Shown here: positions 41,592 to 55,647 of the stretch, one piece after another
How the letters are laid out: each line of letters opens with the position of its first letter
Numbering within the stretch: position 1 is the stretch's first letter
Assembly: GCA_964304625.1 (NCBI GenBank)
Contig: OZ199838.1
Coordinates: 274,148-338,147, forward strand
Source of the DNA: Kudoa neothunni
Lineage: Eukaryota > Animalia > Cnidaria
Direction of reading: 5' to 3'
Length of the DNA: 64,000 nucleotides
Position numbers and translations under genes: made by a program
Notes under the pieces: model-generated
What the model saw: the letters and a program-made list of their open reading frames with translations, nothing else
The model's database searches: none
What the model was told of the DNA's origin: nothing

Positions 41592-44394
41592 CCTTAATGA
41601 TTATCCAAACGATCCATATATTATTTGTGATGCCAAAACAAATTCGCTCATTTAACTAATTGCATTTGATAGGTCACAACAACATTTTTAACTATAAACG
41701 TAATATAGTTATATTTCTGGAATTTTTCGATGACAATAACTCTAAATTTAAACAATATAAAGTTAAAAATTAATTCTAATAGGATTTTTTGCCCATACAA
41801 AAGTCCTTATTCTAATAGGACAGCTAATTTCAACCAATATCATCTGGAATTATCCAGATAAATCATTCCTTCTAATTCCTATCAATGTTACCAAACAGCA
41901 TATAATTATAGAAAAATATTTTGCAATGCTGTTGAGATAACAAAAACTGACTTATATACACCTGACAATTATTACACAACAAATTTTATCTAATAATTTT
42001 CCAAACAGACAATGTAAGTTCCCTAAGTTCTGATTTATTTAGTGCTCGAGCTCATGTCACTCTCACACTTTGAGATTAGGGTTTAAAAAATGAAACTTTT
42101 AAGTATCATATGGAGGATTATATATGTTAAGTAATTGGATCGAAGTACGTCGAGATTCGATATTGCGTAATTATTGGGACTGAGGAAAAATTACGCAATA
42201 TATACTCGTGTGCGATCGCGTACAAGGAACATACATTTTTAAACTTGTTTTGTACGATTATCTTATTTTCAATCTATGTTAATTCATTATCCATAATATA
42301 AGAAAATTATTTTGGGTCAAAAACAACAAAAGAACTAATTTTTTTAATTAATTCGACTATTTTAGATTTATGCCACTTTTGAGATGATAATTTTAATTTT
42401 CGATCTTTTCTTAATATTATTGCTGCATGTTTCATATCTTTTATCGAAAATTTTGTTTGTTCATTAACAGGTTCGATTTCATTCTGAATTGGATTTTATT
42501 ATTTCCTTCCGTCTTTCATGTCATATCACAATAGATTTAATTTTAGATGCTTTAATTAATTTTTATTTTCGGAAAAAACACAGGATTTTTTAAAAAATTT
42601 TACAAGAATTTCTGGTGGGATGCTATTTGAGATTCAAAATTGCATAAAGGAAAGTATATTTAGTATATGACCACACATTATTTCTTATATATATTTAAAG
42701 TGATAAAATAATTCTTAATAATAAAATAAAAGAATAGTCATAACGAGTATTAAGCTAATTATGGGAACTTCTAGTTTTGTTGCAAAATCCCCAATGCAAC
42801 ACAGTCTGCACACGTGAAATCTTCGTTAAATTTCCAAAAATCAATGAAAACCCATATCATTGTCTTTACATTAACATCAAAGTTAATTATTTACCTTAAA
42901 ACCATTTTTATAGTGTTTCGTTTTCAAAATTATTTGACTCAACTATTTTTATTAGTTTTACAAATCTCGTTACAAATTTTCTTCTCTATTATTTTTCAAA
43001 AGCGACTATAAACATTTCGAATATGTCCAAAAAAATAGCTATCAATTTATCTTTTAAATTTAATTCTTTTAAAAAACTAATTTTACAATATAAAAAAGTG
43101 CACAGAAAATAGAATTTTTGTAATCTAATGTTGTAAAAGTATTAACGTTATACATTATTTTTTTGAATACATATGTAATGTAAAAATTATGTTTAATCTT
43201 TTTAATATCTACAAATAATTATTACATTTAAGGTTACCATTTAACTATGTAATTTATATATATTTCCATAGATTAATTGAATGAATTAGTGTATTTTTAG
43301 AATTGTTTTAATATATTTTCAATGCAAAATATTCCAGATCCTTGGAGTAACTGATTAGTTTGTACATAAAGTAAATGTACATTATTGTAGGTTTTCTCAA
43401 TAAAACCTAAGATTGTCCCTTCAATCTCGAAATTTCGAGTAATTTCGGAAATTTTTGATAATAAAGTATTGAAAATACTTGCATCATTAAGCTCCCATTT
43501 GATATGTTCTCCTAATTTATAGAAGATATAAAAATAGGTTTCAATAAGGGTGTTCTTTACCGCAAAGGAAGTACAGCCCTTTACCGAAGGAATGAGACAA
43601 CTTTCAGTCTGTATTTACCAGAGATGGAGACGAAATCTCCTTAATTGACTTTATTCTTTGTGTAAAATGCAACAGTTCTTTTAGATATAAATTTACATCT
43701 GGCAATATACAACAGATAAACAATAATTAGTTACGATGAATGATAAAATTTGCATCAACATTAAAATTAACTCTCGTTTAGTTTCTTTTATCACGCCTTT
43801 GAATAAAATTAACACAAAACGTTTTTTGAAGTATACATTTAAGATAATTAATAATTTATTCAACTGTAACATTAATCGTACAGTAAAAAGCATTAGACGT
43901 TTCAATCTGCTGATATCACGCATTACATTTTTTGATTACTTTCACAATTTGTAAAAACTGTGATATTAAAATAAGCATGTGTAAGAACCAAATAAAACAA
44001 CTCGAATATGATAGATAGTTTGAAATGAGAAAAATTATTAATTATAGAGCTTCGTAATGTAAATAACAAAATATATTTAAAGTTTTCCTAAGAATCGATT
44101 TATTAATGGTATAAATCTTCCGGGGTCATATTTTTAACATATCTCAAAAACTGAAGCTTATTATAAGAAACCCATGAATATGGTTTCGTTCGTTTTTTAT
44201 GCCTGAAATTTTGTTAATGTTCCGGGCAGAAATTGGGTCATTACTTTTTATTCGTGTAAGCAACAGCAGGAACGAAAACAGAAAGTGCATTGTCTGTCTT
44301 TACGTTACAAAAATGCACTTTAGCCGCTATTTATCGTATAACTGAAAAATTCATAATTTTAATTTCTGGGTAAACCTTCAAAATATTTTAAGGT
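41592..44394 (-). mobile_element. Highly degraded piggyBac-like remnant
   Basis: TTAA-CCCTTAA at ~41587 and TAAGG-TTAA at ~44389; weak transposase-like traces at ~43.5-43.9 kb; the two ends may not belong together. Confidence 0.3.
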
Positions 44395-46091
44395 TAAAGA
44401 TAGAAACCAATTAAAGCCGGTAATAATATCTAACACCATCCCCCAATAACCCAACTTCTATCTCTTATTCCATGTGAATACATATTTACATATATTTAAT
44501 TGTGAAATGTTCCAAAGCAACGATTTTGAACAAAATGCTTCCCTTATATATATATATATAAATATGTATAAACAGCGGGTGGTCACTCGTTCGTAAATCC
44601 TCAAGCGTATTGAAAAATATACGAAAAACTCGTACAAAATAATCAAAATTAATTAAAATTAAAAAAAATTTTCATTATTCGATGCATTCTGTTATAAAAT
44701 AATATTATGTATCTTCATAAAAAAATTAATGAAATATAAATCTTCTTTGTTTAAAAGTAAGGACAAGTCGACAGTACGAAAAGCTGGCTCCCACTGTATA
44801 TACTACATAGGCAGTAGCTCTTTGCATGGATGGGAATATCTCCCAGAATAAATGAGATATTAGAAATCCGATTTCACAAATAAAATAGGCTATGTTTTTC
44901 CTATAAAAGCTAAACAAATTTTTTTAGTAATTTTGAATGAAAAATTTGTCTATTAAAACTATACTTTAACCATCTCTCATGTATCAAAGTCGTACTTTTG
45001 TTGATTTAATAAAATTTTTAAATGCTTATACATCATATGTTAGTTAATTAAGTTCTACTGTCAACCATAAAATTGATTATTATCATGTTAGACGTTGCGC
45101 ACACAAACCATTGGCCTCATGCCTCGCGTGATCTCACAATTTTAATAATTGTAATACATTGAGCGTTAATTCTCGTTTGATCTAAATTGTATTATAAAAT
45201 TCATAGATTTTATTGTTCTGCGTCGTAACTTTATACGCTAAACCATTTGGTTACATTGGACCTATCCGGTGAATTTAAAATATAAATCTCAGCGAATATC
45301 CTTTTTGACGGTTATACTATTAAACTCATGTTTCAATAAAATAAAAATATGCTTTATGTATTTATTTTTAGATTTTGCACCATTTTTATATTGTTGAGAT
45401 AAGTGATAAAAAATGCTTTTGACTTATTCACATTCATAATCGAGTTATTTTCAAATGCGTAAAAATCAAATATTTTGATTTGTGATGATTACTCTACTTT
45501 AAAGTTGATTATAATTAAAAAAAATTATTTAGTATTTTTGTTTTTAGTTACTCAATGCATATAAATAAAAGGGCAACTTAATAAAATAAATTAAAAATTG
45601 TCATATTTTAATTTTTGAACAAATTTTGTTATAGCATTTTTTAAATCATGAATAAACTATGCGAAAAAATGTATAAACTAAAAACCACGTTAATTTATGC
45701 CATAGTTAAATTGAAACATCTTCATTGGAATTTTGAATAGAATAAATCAGAAAGTTCTGTTTTTCAAATACAAAGTCATAAGATTGAGCATTTACAAACT
45801 TATTCCTAGTACATATAAATAAAAAAAATCGGGTGAACAATTAACGACTTTGAATTTGTTAAAATTATAGAGAAATAATAATTTTTGTGATGTATTTATC
45901 AACAACATAGGGATTCCACGTGAATCCGAATGTACTCGACTTAAACTTTATTTCCAGTTTATAGGTTAATTCTTGTTGAGCTAAATTCAACCACGTAATG
46001 TAATTTTTTGTGATAAGATCAAGAATGAAAAAACTTTTGAAAAAGGAATGAATTAACAGGATAAATTGTTGGAAACGACGTTATTTCCGAT

Positions 46092-47787
46092 TTTGTATGC
46101 GATACATCCCCAAGTTCGTACACAGATACAGTAGTACTGTAGTTTAGCTGATGTTTTAAAAGAAATAAAATATTTTATTCCAAAAAATAATGCATTGCTG
46201 AATTTTGATAGGAATATTTCTCCTAATATTGATTACAAAAATTCATTGTGAACGAATCACACAATCATGTTAATACATTGACTTAATATCTTCGAACTAG
46301 AGGATCCCCGACCCTCGATTTTTTGAAGCCCTATTTTCGACACACCACCACCCCTCGCAAAAGCTTTGTTTTTAAATGGTGTCATACAACCTCTAAAATG
46401 TTTGTATGATCCTTGTCAGCTGTAACGTATTTTTTTAAGTGGTTTATAGTTATATGGTTATACCCATAAATTCTTAATCGTTTGTACACTCTCCATTCGT
46501 CTGTGTATATTGTGGAGCCATGTGATACCTCTTGAATAATTAGGGTTATAAGGATATATTTATCCCATCGATGCACAATGAAAAATCTTGACTCCAGCAA
46601 TTTACGTTTACCTTTATCATCAACATAACATTCAAATATCCCAACTACCCACGGACCTTCTATTCTGTTCCCATATATTTAGACATTAGCACCACCAGAA
46701 TCGTCATCCACGTCATCATCAGGTGATGATGGAGAATACGTTTCATTAGGAGTACTTCTCCAGACATCTGCTCCCAAGTACCTACCACGATTATTTTTCT
46801 GTTTTACCCCCAAAAGGCATTATTCTATTTCAATAATTCTTTATCCGTCGAACTTTTCACGCCGCTGAAAACTTCCCCGACAAATTTTTCTTAAAGACGA
46901 GTACGAATATATACTGGTTTTGCCTGTTATTCCAGTTAAAATAATCGCCTGACATTTAAGCTTTTCTATGGCCCAAAAATAAACCAGCTCAAAAATATCA
47001 GAGACCGATAGCTTGGAAGAATTATCTTGAAATTTATTCATTATTTTAAAGTAAGTTGAGGCTCTTGAAGAGAAGCATGTCTTACAATCACTTCTACAAG
47101 TATGTTCATAATAATTTCAGAAACATTAAATCACTTTTAAAAAATATAAGTGAGTTTTTCTGATTCACGGGTAAAATGTAGGTTTGTGGAATTGTTTTTT
47201 AACCTTTGTTCACTCCTTAATTTATGGGTGTTTACCTACGTTAGTTTTTGCACCTGTTCGGCATTTCCTGTAATAGACCTTTCTCGGTTAAGAAGTTTAG
47301 CAAAGTTTCTTGATCTAGAAATAACTTGTAAAACTGGCGCTTTGACTTAGATTCTATCATTACTAAGCTTCAGTCAGTAGTGTGTTTCAAAGAATTTTTA
47401 AATATAACTCACCAATTCATCTCTGATCAAAATTGTTCAAACTAATAATTAAAATCACAAAAACTATATCTAACACCAAGAATGTATAACCAAAGTAAAG
47501 ATCTATTGATAATTCCTATAATATCATAAAATTTAACCAAACTGAACATAATAATAGCCTCAAAGTTGTATATATGCGGAAACTTAGGGAAATACAGCAT
47601 AAAAAACGCGCCAAGTTGTGCGCACGCTACCATAATTGCTGAACCAACATTTTTGATTTTTTAAAGCTGATATTTTGAAAGATATTAATGATCACTCCAT
47701 ATTTACAAAATAGAAACAGATGATTTATTAAAAAATTGGTTGACGTGGGCATGCGCACATGACGAATTTGGGAAGGTGGATACTCCC
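46092..47787 (-). mobile_element. Second Merlin (IS1595/ISXO2-like) transposon remnant
   Basis: GPWVVGIFE, RFFIV..WD...L...I..V..GSTIYTDEWRVY..L...GYNH.TINH....HTN.LE; LVYFW; weak terminal match CCCAARTTCGT. Confidence 0.8.
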
Positions 47788-47861
47788 CAATTACCCTCTA
47801 ATTTTAAATATCTCTCCTATTCTAGGAGATATTACCATCCATGAAAATAGCCACGTCCCTG

Positions 47862-47879
47862 TATGTATATTTATATATA

Positions 47880-47913
<34 letters not shown>
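47862..47913. repeat. (TA)n microsatellite
   Basis: Run of TA dinucleotides. Confidence 0.95.
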
Positions 47914-47916
<3 letters not shown>

Positions 47917-48798
47917 TGAGGGGTAATGCATCTCAGTACTTTTCAACACAAATAAATATTACATTAGGAATACATAGTTGTCAAGTTATCATTAAACAAT
48001 GATATTATTCAAAAAAATTTACAGTCCAATTGATTAATCCCCAACAATGAATTATCAATATCCTAGAAGTAGTTCGCCCAGTTTCGTAATCCAATAAAAT
48101 TATTGCTCCCATACTTACGATTGAATAGATTATTGTTATAAACTACATATTTATGAAACCTGTTTATAATTCCAATTTTATTTCACAGGTAATAATAAAA
48201 GTATTAATATTATATTGACTCATTAATTCACAAATTATTCAGGAAAAATTCATTTAGCCGATATTAAGGTTGCGAAACTTTATTATTCCGTTAGGTTATA
48301 TTTCTCCAAATTATATTTGTAATTTATGGTTCAAATTTGAAAATGAAATATTTCAACTTTATTGATAAAAATTCATTTTATTTTATCAATTTAAAATGCG
48401 TTGTCACCGCCCAATTTTTACGTCCACTGACGATTCTAAACGATCAAAGCACGAAAGGATTATATGAAGATTAACTGGACAAATACATTTCGGTTTCCTC
48501 TAAATTTTCGAGTTTGTAATTTAAATATTGTCATCAATCAAGTTCTATATCTTTTTTAAATCAATTTCTATAATTAGGTGGTCTCATTTTGGATAAAGAT
48601 TATTAACCAAAAGTTAGATCATTAATAACTCTTCTGTAAAACGGCTACGATTTTTAAGCTTATTTTGTCATTGAAATCACGAGTGACAACATTAATACTT
48701 TGATTGCGATCCATCAAATTGTATCAATTATATGACAGTAATAATGTAAAGTGTGTTATTTCTGTATCTGGGATTTTTAAAGACGTGGTCACGTAGAT

Positions 48799-49743
48799 AT
48801 GCTCAAAAAAATGAGATTTGTTTCAATATGCGTAATTGCTTGCTTGATAGCATTGATAGCAGTGTAGTTCGATTGATACGAAAAATTGATTTTAATTTTT
48901 TATTTTTAAAGTAAATATCGACCTACTGTTAAAGAATTTAAAAACCTTTGTTACACTACCAAAAAACTTCAACAGTCATACCCGTATCACATTCTACTAG
49001 CATTTTTCTTTATATATGTTGGGTATGTGATTTTCGTTGTGAGCAAGATTGCTAAGTTGATTACCCCATTAGAATGCAATCTTTATGTATCCCTGGATCA
49101 TTGTTATTAAGTGTTCTCTCTGGATTTCTTTTTCCCACACCGATTGCTCTTCTTTTAGTCTGTGCAGTAAATGGATACTAATGTAGTTATAACTGATCGA
49201 TGAAATATATTTTAGTGCTGCTCTATTGGTTCAATGTTGTGTTATTATGTCAGTGGTGCTATTTGTAACTCTCTCGTAGAACGGTATTTCACTGAGAGTA
49301 TTATGAAAATGAGAAATCTGGTACGGTTGGCTAACCCGATTTTTGATGATAAATTGATGAACTTATTTCGATTTTAGGTGCATGTCTACAGCGATAATAT
49401 GATTGCTTTGATTGTACTTTTGAGGATTGCTCCGTTTATACCCAATTCCGTCATAAACTTAATCACTCCATTGGTAGCTGTTCCAAAAAAAGCATTTTTT
49501 ATTGGCACTTTTCTTGGTGTGGCGCCTGCGTCTCTTGGCCACATTTTAGCTGGAAAACAACTTCATTCATTAGCCTCAACCTCTCATCCTCTAAATTATT
49601 ATTCTGTTGGTGGCCTAGTAATAGCTGTCGTGCTTATTGTAGGACCAATGGTTTTTAAAGATAAACTTTTGAAGTCGAAACTTTATACAAAAATTACAAT
49701 CGACCCTAATTCCTTGGCGGGGCATTCGTCGTGTTTGAAATAA
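48799..49743 (+). CDS. TMEM41B: TMEM41 (VTT/DedA-domain lipid scramblase, TMEM41B-like), 5 exons, 246 aa
   Basis: Exons 48799-48863, 48912-49022, 49073-49166, 49216-49320 and 49378-49743 join in frame through GT-AG introns. Motifs MQSLCIPGS..LSVLSGFLF, IGSMLCY, LRIAPFIPN..IN, FFIGTFLGVAP. Confidence 0.88.
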
Positions 49744-50099
49744 CTATTTTTTGTATATTCGATAATTTTAATTTTTTTTGTAAGAATGTTAATTAATGAT
49801 TTGTTTGTTCTTTCGATTTGTCTCAAAATAAAAATATGATTTTTTGCTTATATAAATGTAATTATATTTATTAAAATAATTTGTAGGTTTTTATTTTATT
49901 TTTTACAATTTTTAATTAAATAAAAAGAATTGTAAGAATTACGTTGCTTATTTCTAAAGGATATATTGTAATTAAGTTGTAAATTAATAAATAAATAGGT
50001 TATTCCATGTTTTTATATTTACGAAAAAAATTTGTTTGTGGTATCTTATTACAGTAAGTAATCAATTTCATTCACTTTTCAAACCCTTATTTGGTGAGA

Positions 50100-50570
50100 A
50101 TATGGATTGGTTATTGTATATATAATGTGTTTCTTATAATATTTCAATCAAAATTTTTAGACATTATTCTAAAAAGTAGAAAAATAATGTAATGAAGAGT
50201 CACGTTTTAAAATATCTATTATCTCGACTCTTAAATTAAGAGTCTTAGTGGCGTTCTAGAAATGAAAAATAAAATCATCAAAACCTATAAATGTTTTTAG
50301 AATCTAAAAATAGAGATTATTCGCATGCAGGACAATTTAATTCTGTTGATGAAGATGTGCAGTTAGTGGAGGGTTTCGTTGTTTTAAAAAAGGTCCAACA
50401 TTTAAAAATCAAATTTTATTAATTAACCAACTGATGCTACACTTAAAATTACTTCAGAGTGGATCAATCAATTCAGAACATTTTTTAAAAGATACTCTGA
50501 AATTTTTGTTTACGATGTAGACAAAATTGCCTTATTTTACCGATGGCAACAAAGAGAGTATTTCATTATC
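50100..50570 (+). pseudogene. pogo/Tigger transposase fragment
   Basis: VYDVDKIALFYR resembles IFNADETGLFYR; heavily decayed. Confidence 0.4.
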
Positions 50571-50628
50571 TTTCAAAAATTAATATATAGTTAACTAGTC
50601 TTTTTAAACGCAACTAAATCATGATTAA

Positions 50629-52690
50629 CCCTTAAAGGAAAACCCTGGGCTCTTCGAGACTAACCACGTGATACATTGTCAATTACTTAGGTTGGACTAA
50701 TTTTGTTCGGTTCAAATTTTACGTAAATTCATCAAAATTAATTATCTATCAATCGGTTTTATTTATAAATAAATTTTTCCATGGTTTTAGGACCATTTTT
50801 CATCTTTTTGGATATATCATCTGACACTGAAAGTATATTTTCAAACGAACTAAAAAATTTCTTGGAAGATAATAACGAATTCAACGAAAAATTAATAAAA
50901 GAATTTGACGGTTAGTTTATCGAAAAAGTATAAAATCTTCATTTCAATATTCATAGATTCATCTAAGGGGCAACTTAATGTACTAAATCAACATTCTTCT
51001 CCACAAATTGTCTCACATGAATGTAACACTCGAGATCCCATTAAAGATTATTTGTAGAAAGATACATCTATTATTTGAACATTCCAGCCCACTTCTGGAC
51101 GAACTTCCTGTCATAATACAATAGACCGCAGTATTGTACAAGGGAAGCCAATTGATTCCTTCGTTTTAACGACGCCCGTTGATTGTTTCAATCATTTCAT
51201 AACTAAACAAATGATGGAAGAAATCATGTTGTACACCAGTCACAAAGGCAACGATGAGATGGGAGATAAATGGAAGCATCTCGACCTGATTGAATTAAAA
51301 GCTCTTTTGGGATTGTTGTTGTTGTTAACTGATGTCTACAAATCCAATTTTGAAAATACGCAAATTTTGTGGGATGAAATTCATGGGAGGTCCTTATTTC
51401 GCGAAACGATGAGTCGGGATAGATTCAAAATAATTCTACGTATATTGCGTTTTGATGAGGATAGGACCAGAAACAACAATCCTAGCTCGCAAAATAAATT
51501 TTCACCGATAAAAAAATATTTGATGAATTTACTAACACTGTATAACTAGCTGTATCCCAGGTCTTAATTTAACTGTTGATGAACAGTTGTATCCTTGTCG
51601 GGGGCGAGTTTCATTTTTGGTTTACATGCCCAGAAAACCGTCGAAATACGGTTTAAAATTCTGGATTGTTTGCGACAGCGACACATTTTATTTTTCAAAC
51701 ATAATTCCATATTTTGGTAAAATTTACAGTTACCATGAATCCAACCTACCTTTTAATGTTGTGGTAAATCTAACACATCATCTTTTGGATGCAGGTCATA
51801 GTATCACCCTCGACAATTATTTTACTTCATGCGAACTGGCTGAATATTCGTATGAAAGGAAAATATCAATTCTTGGAACTGTGCGTAAATGCAAAACTGT
51901 AGACACATAGATCAAGAAAAATGTTTTCGTTGCTATTTGGTTTTTACAAAGTATTCACTCTTATTTCGTATATTCCGCGTAAAAACGGGGCAGTGGTTGT
52001 TCTTTCATCAGAACACCGTACTCAAAATGTATGTAAAGAATACCATGCTAGGACCAGTCAATTTTAGACTACAATCAAAAAAAAATGCGGCGTTAACATA
52101 TTCTTGCAAGAGAAAATGTCGACATTGACCATTCGCGATGTTTTGCCAATTATTAGATGTGGCTGCATTCAACACATGCAATTTTCATAAATAGAAACAC
52201 TACCTATATGAGAACTGATAAAACTGGTAGAAGACAAAGATTCCTATTGGATATGTCCTATTCGTTAATAAAAGACTAACAAGAAAGAAGATTCGAAAAT
52301 CCATTAATTTTTTATACCCAACCCGCTTTGAAACGCTCGATGGGAATTATTGGATATCAATTTTCCAATAATGAATCAAACCTAATCCAAATCTGCGAAG
52401 ATAAAAGACGAAAAAGATGTCACTTTTGTTCAAGTCTCATAATTCGTAGGAATAAACAAGTGTGTTCTCTTCGCAAAAAAGTGTATGTAGCGAGCATTCC
52501 ACGAGAAATATTACTTGTTTTGATTGTATTTCAAAAAATTAGTAGATAATTTATTCTTATTTTTTTCTTATCAATGCGTTATTATACAACATAGCTAATT
52601 TTAAGAGAGACCACGAATTAACACATTAATATTATAATTAATCCGGTTAATGTATCTGCGCTCGTGGAATCCAGGGTTGTCCTTTAAGGG
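50629..52690 (+). mobile_element. piggyBac element (PGBD4-like) with degenerate transposase
   Basis: TTAA at 50625-50628 and 52691-52694; 20-bp TIRs CCCTTAAAGGAAAACCCTGG / CCCTTAAAGGACAACCCTGG (19/20). MSRDRF..ILR.LRFD, TVDEQL, KPSKYGLKFW, TLDNYFTS, RKRCHFC. Confidence 0.93.
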
Positions 52691-53039
52691 TTAAATATCA
52701 TTTTCTCTGAAATAATTGCGCGCACAAATGCATGAAATTGGTTTCTTACTGTAGTTGTAATTGATCAAACAAATTTATTCATGACGGATTAGTATATTAT
52801 TATTAGCGCGTGCGAATTATACTTTCTTCGTTAACATCACACAAGCATTATAATTATAAAGAGAAAAATTCAAATAGAGATACAGCGACTTATAGATTTT
52901 TTGCAATGTGGATATTGCGTAATGATTTTGATCTCTTTATCGATTACACATTTCCACGATATGACGTATTCAACGTTAATATTAGGTGAAACGCTTTATA
53001 ATAATATTTTTGAATTAAACTAGTAAATTACCAAAGAAG

Positions 53040-53216
53040 TGGCTATTGACACGCTCATAATATCCAGGTATGTATAGTTTGGATTGCATTTAATTATTTT
53101 TGGCCCTTCGCTACCACTCATAGGGGCCAAAAATAATTCAATCAGCAAATTCTAAAAAAGTAAACTTTATAGATCAACTATAAATAAGAGTTAACGGGAT
53201 TAAAAATTATCACCGT
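53040..53216 (+). repeat. ~180-bp dispersed repeat, copy 1; contains a 17-bp hairpin and SL-RNA-like features
   Basis: Aligns by eye with 58561-58733 (TGGCTATTGACA identical; 25/33 in the TAGTT..TGG block; similar 3' part); inverted repeat 53092-53108 / 53122-53138. Confidence 0.65.
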
Positions 53217-54702
53217 GCATGCGTAATTGCCCTGTTGGATTAAAAACTTCCGTGCCACTTATTAATCTGTTATATCACGCGAATTAAATCGTTTTTATTG
53301 GAAACGGGCGAAAAATTTTGTTTAAAGACAATGGTAGTTGCCAATTAGAGAATGTTACGGATGCACATAAATAAAGATTTTAGGGTCAAAACAAAATAAT
53401 TTTTTCATATTGCATCGAAAAGTAAATAAGAAATAAAATGGTATTTATAATTTTTTGAAATGACCATTCACTAAAATTTATCCCAGTGTAAAATGATATT
53501 TATTTATAAATATCATTAAAACAAAAATTACAAATTATTTGTCAATCAATAATTTTAGTAATGGTTTTTTATTCTATTTAAATAAAAGGTGTAATACCCA
53601 TGCTGAAAAATGGAGAAAACACAAGAACAATTTCATGCGCACGCATACTCGATGCATATCGGTTACCTACTGCACATATTTTAAACTCTTGTGAACAATA
53701 TTATCTTGCTTTTTTTTAAGCGTAATAAATAACATTTCTATCAAAACTACGTATGTGGCAATTCTGGATTTTGTGCGATGACATTGATTTTTTTGATTAC
53801 GCATAACACATAAGTCATTCTAGGTGTCTGAGATTTATTATGTATGTGTGTCACGTGATCACACATTTTAGTACTATTTTATTTAAAAATTCTAAGACAT
53901 TTTAACCGTCTAATATTTCGACGTGACACATTTATATAAAGAACTCCAAATTTTGTAGTATTTAGAATGTCTGAACTAAATTTTGATCTAAACGATTCCA
54001 TCAGAAAAATATATTTTAATTTAGACAAGCCGTGTGATTTAAATTTTAAAAATTAACTTATCTGCTTTATTTCATTTAAATCATTATGATTTGGAATATT
54101 AATAATTTTAGAGTATGAGGAAATATTTGGAAATCATAATGCCGGCAACCTTAAGCAGGATAATTAAAATTTCAGTGTGTAATTATGAATTTATTTCTTC
54201 GCGTTTTCAGCCAACGAATCATAACAATATGTTCCAACTAAAGCCTAAAAATTACAATAATTGTATTTCAAAAATTATTTCCCCAACTGCTCAATAATCT
54301 GTTTTAAAAATCACTTAACTTCCTTACGATTTACAAATAGGCTCCCGAAAATTGTTTATCATTTCTCAATAACTTTATTATCTACTATACAGTGAATCCG
54401 CCAATATTTGGATTATTAGAATAATTTTATTATAGTGAGAGTTGGTTTGTTGACGCAACAATCACTTCTTACATTTACTCTCGAATCTATACCCTAATAT
54501 CCATACTATATACGAATGATGATTTTGCATTTATTAGATCTATTTTTCAACCAATGGCTGAGCAATAGTTATCATTTTCGCGAATGGGAGAATAACAACA
54601 ATAACACTAGGTGAGATATTATAACAATAGATAACAATAAGTTACAGGAGATTATCGTATTAACTGAGTATTTTATTGGTCATGTTGAACAAATCTAACA
54701 AA

Positions 54703-55647
54703 ATGAAACCTTACCATACTCGTATGGCTATTTTGTATTCATGGGGTTCCAGATTAAGCAGTAGTGATTCGGATTTTATGAATTCGTATCATCGAAATCC
54801 TACCAACATTCGAGAAGAAAAACTGTAAATAATAATTCTAACTAAATATATTGTTATTGAGTTGCAGTAATGCAAAACTGTATTGATTATTATAGTTTCT
54901 AGGAATCTTTAATTATTTCTTTTGTGATATAATCTATTATTCGACGTAGGGAAACAAGTCTTAAAAATGACAGAACTTTAGGGCAAAAAATTAAATCCTT
55001 ACTGAATCTTACCATAAAATCTTCGACATCAACTAATTCGAATGAGGGCAATAGGTAAATAAATTTTCCTATTTTGATTTATGTGTTGAATGAAACTATA
55101 TGAATGTGTTTACAGCAAGGACGATAGCTGTAAAATTCGCCCAAGGAAGGATCTTTCAGTCATCGAAGTTCATTACCTTATTAGTTCGTGGGGGATTCTG
55201 ATTTACCGATGCAATCTCAACAATAAAAACCTTTTCTTGGATATTATCAAGGGGTTAGTTTATAAAGTAGTTGAAATTTATATTTTATTCGTAGGAAAGT
55301 TAAAAAAGACAACGACGTGGAATTAGCTCTTGAGGATTCGTTTTCTCTACCAGAATATTGTCAATCCCTCTCAACTTCACTTGGCAACATCATATTCAAC
55401 ATTGATCGCGACGTCCTTATACATCGGCATTTGGTTGAGTTTTACTCTCTTTTTCAAAGTTACTTCTCATCCATACTAACTCTGGAGGTATTTCATTCTA
55501 GTTGGTTAGTTTTACGCTTATGATTTTCTTACAATCAAGGAACTGGAAACGGAACTTGTTATCCAACTGAAGCTAGAATTAAATGATATTTTTGGGAAAA
55601 AACATGAAAGTAGCTGGAAACATTTTTTTGCAAAGATCAGAAGATGA
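54703..55647 (+). CDS. Globin-fold protein lacking heme-ligand His, paralog 1 (5 exons, 221 aa)
   Basis: Exons 54703-54824, 54950-55054, 55116-55253, 55295-55487 and 55540-55647 join in frame (666 nt, all GT-AG). Helix A LSVIEVHYLISSW; helices G-H ELVIQLKLELNDIFGKKHESSWKHFF. Confidence 0.8.

Noticed and set aside
38037-47633. Many 60-100 aa Ile/Phe/Lys/Asn-rich ORFs in the track
   Set aside because: Expected by chance in very AT-rich DNA. Only those belonging to the Merlin and piggyBac remnants and the 40286-40942 ORF are supported.
6145-52128. Repeated TGA at conserved Trp positions in TE proteins (6145, 16883, 32436, 46382, 52126), hinting at UGA=Trp recoding
   Set aside because: Other Trp codons decayed to TAG (MULE PHD, Merlin). 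The same elements carry frameshifts and TAA stops. Host genes use TGG for Trp and end in TGA. G-to-A decay explains the pattern.
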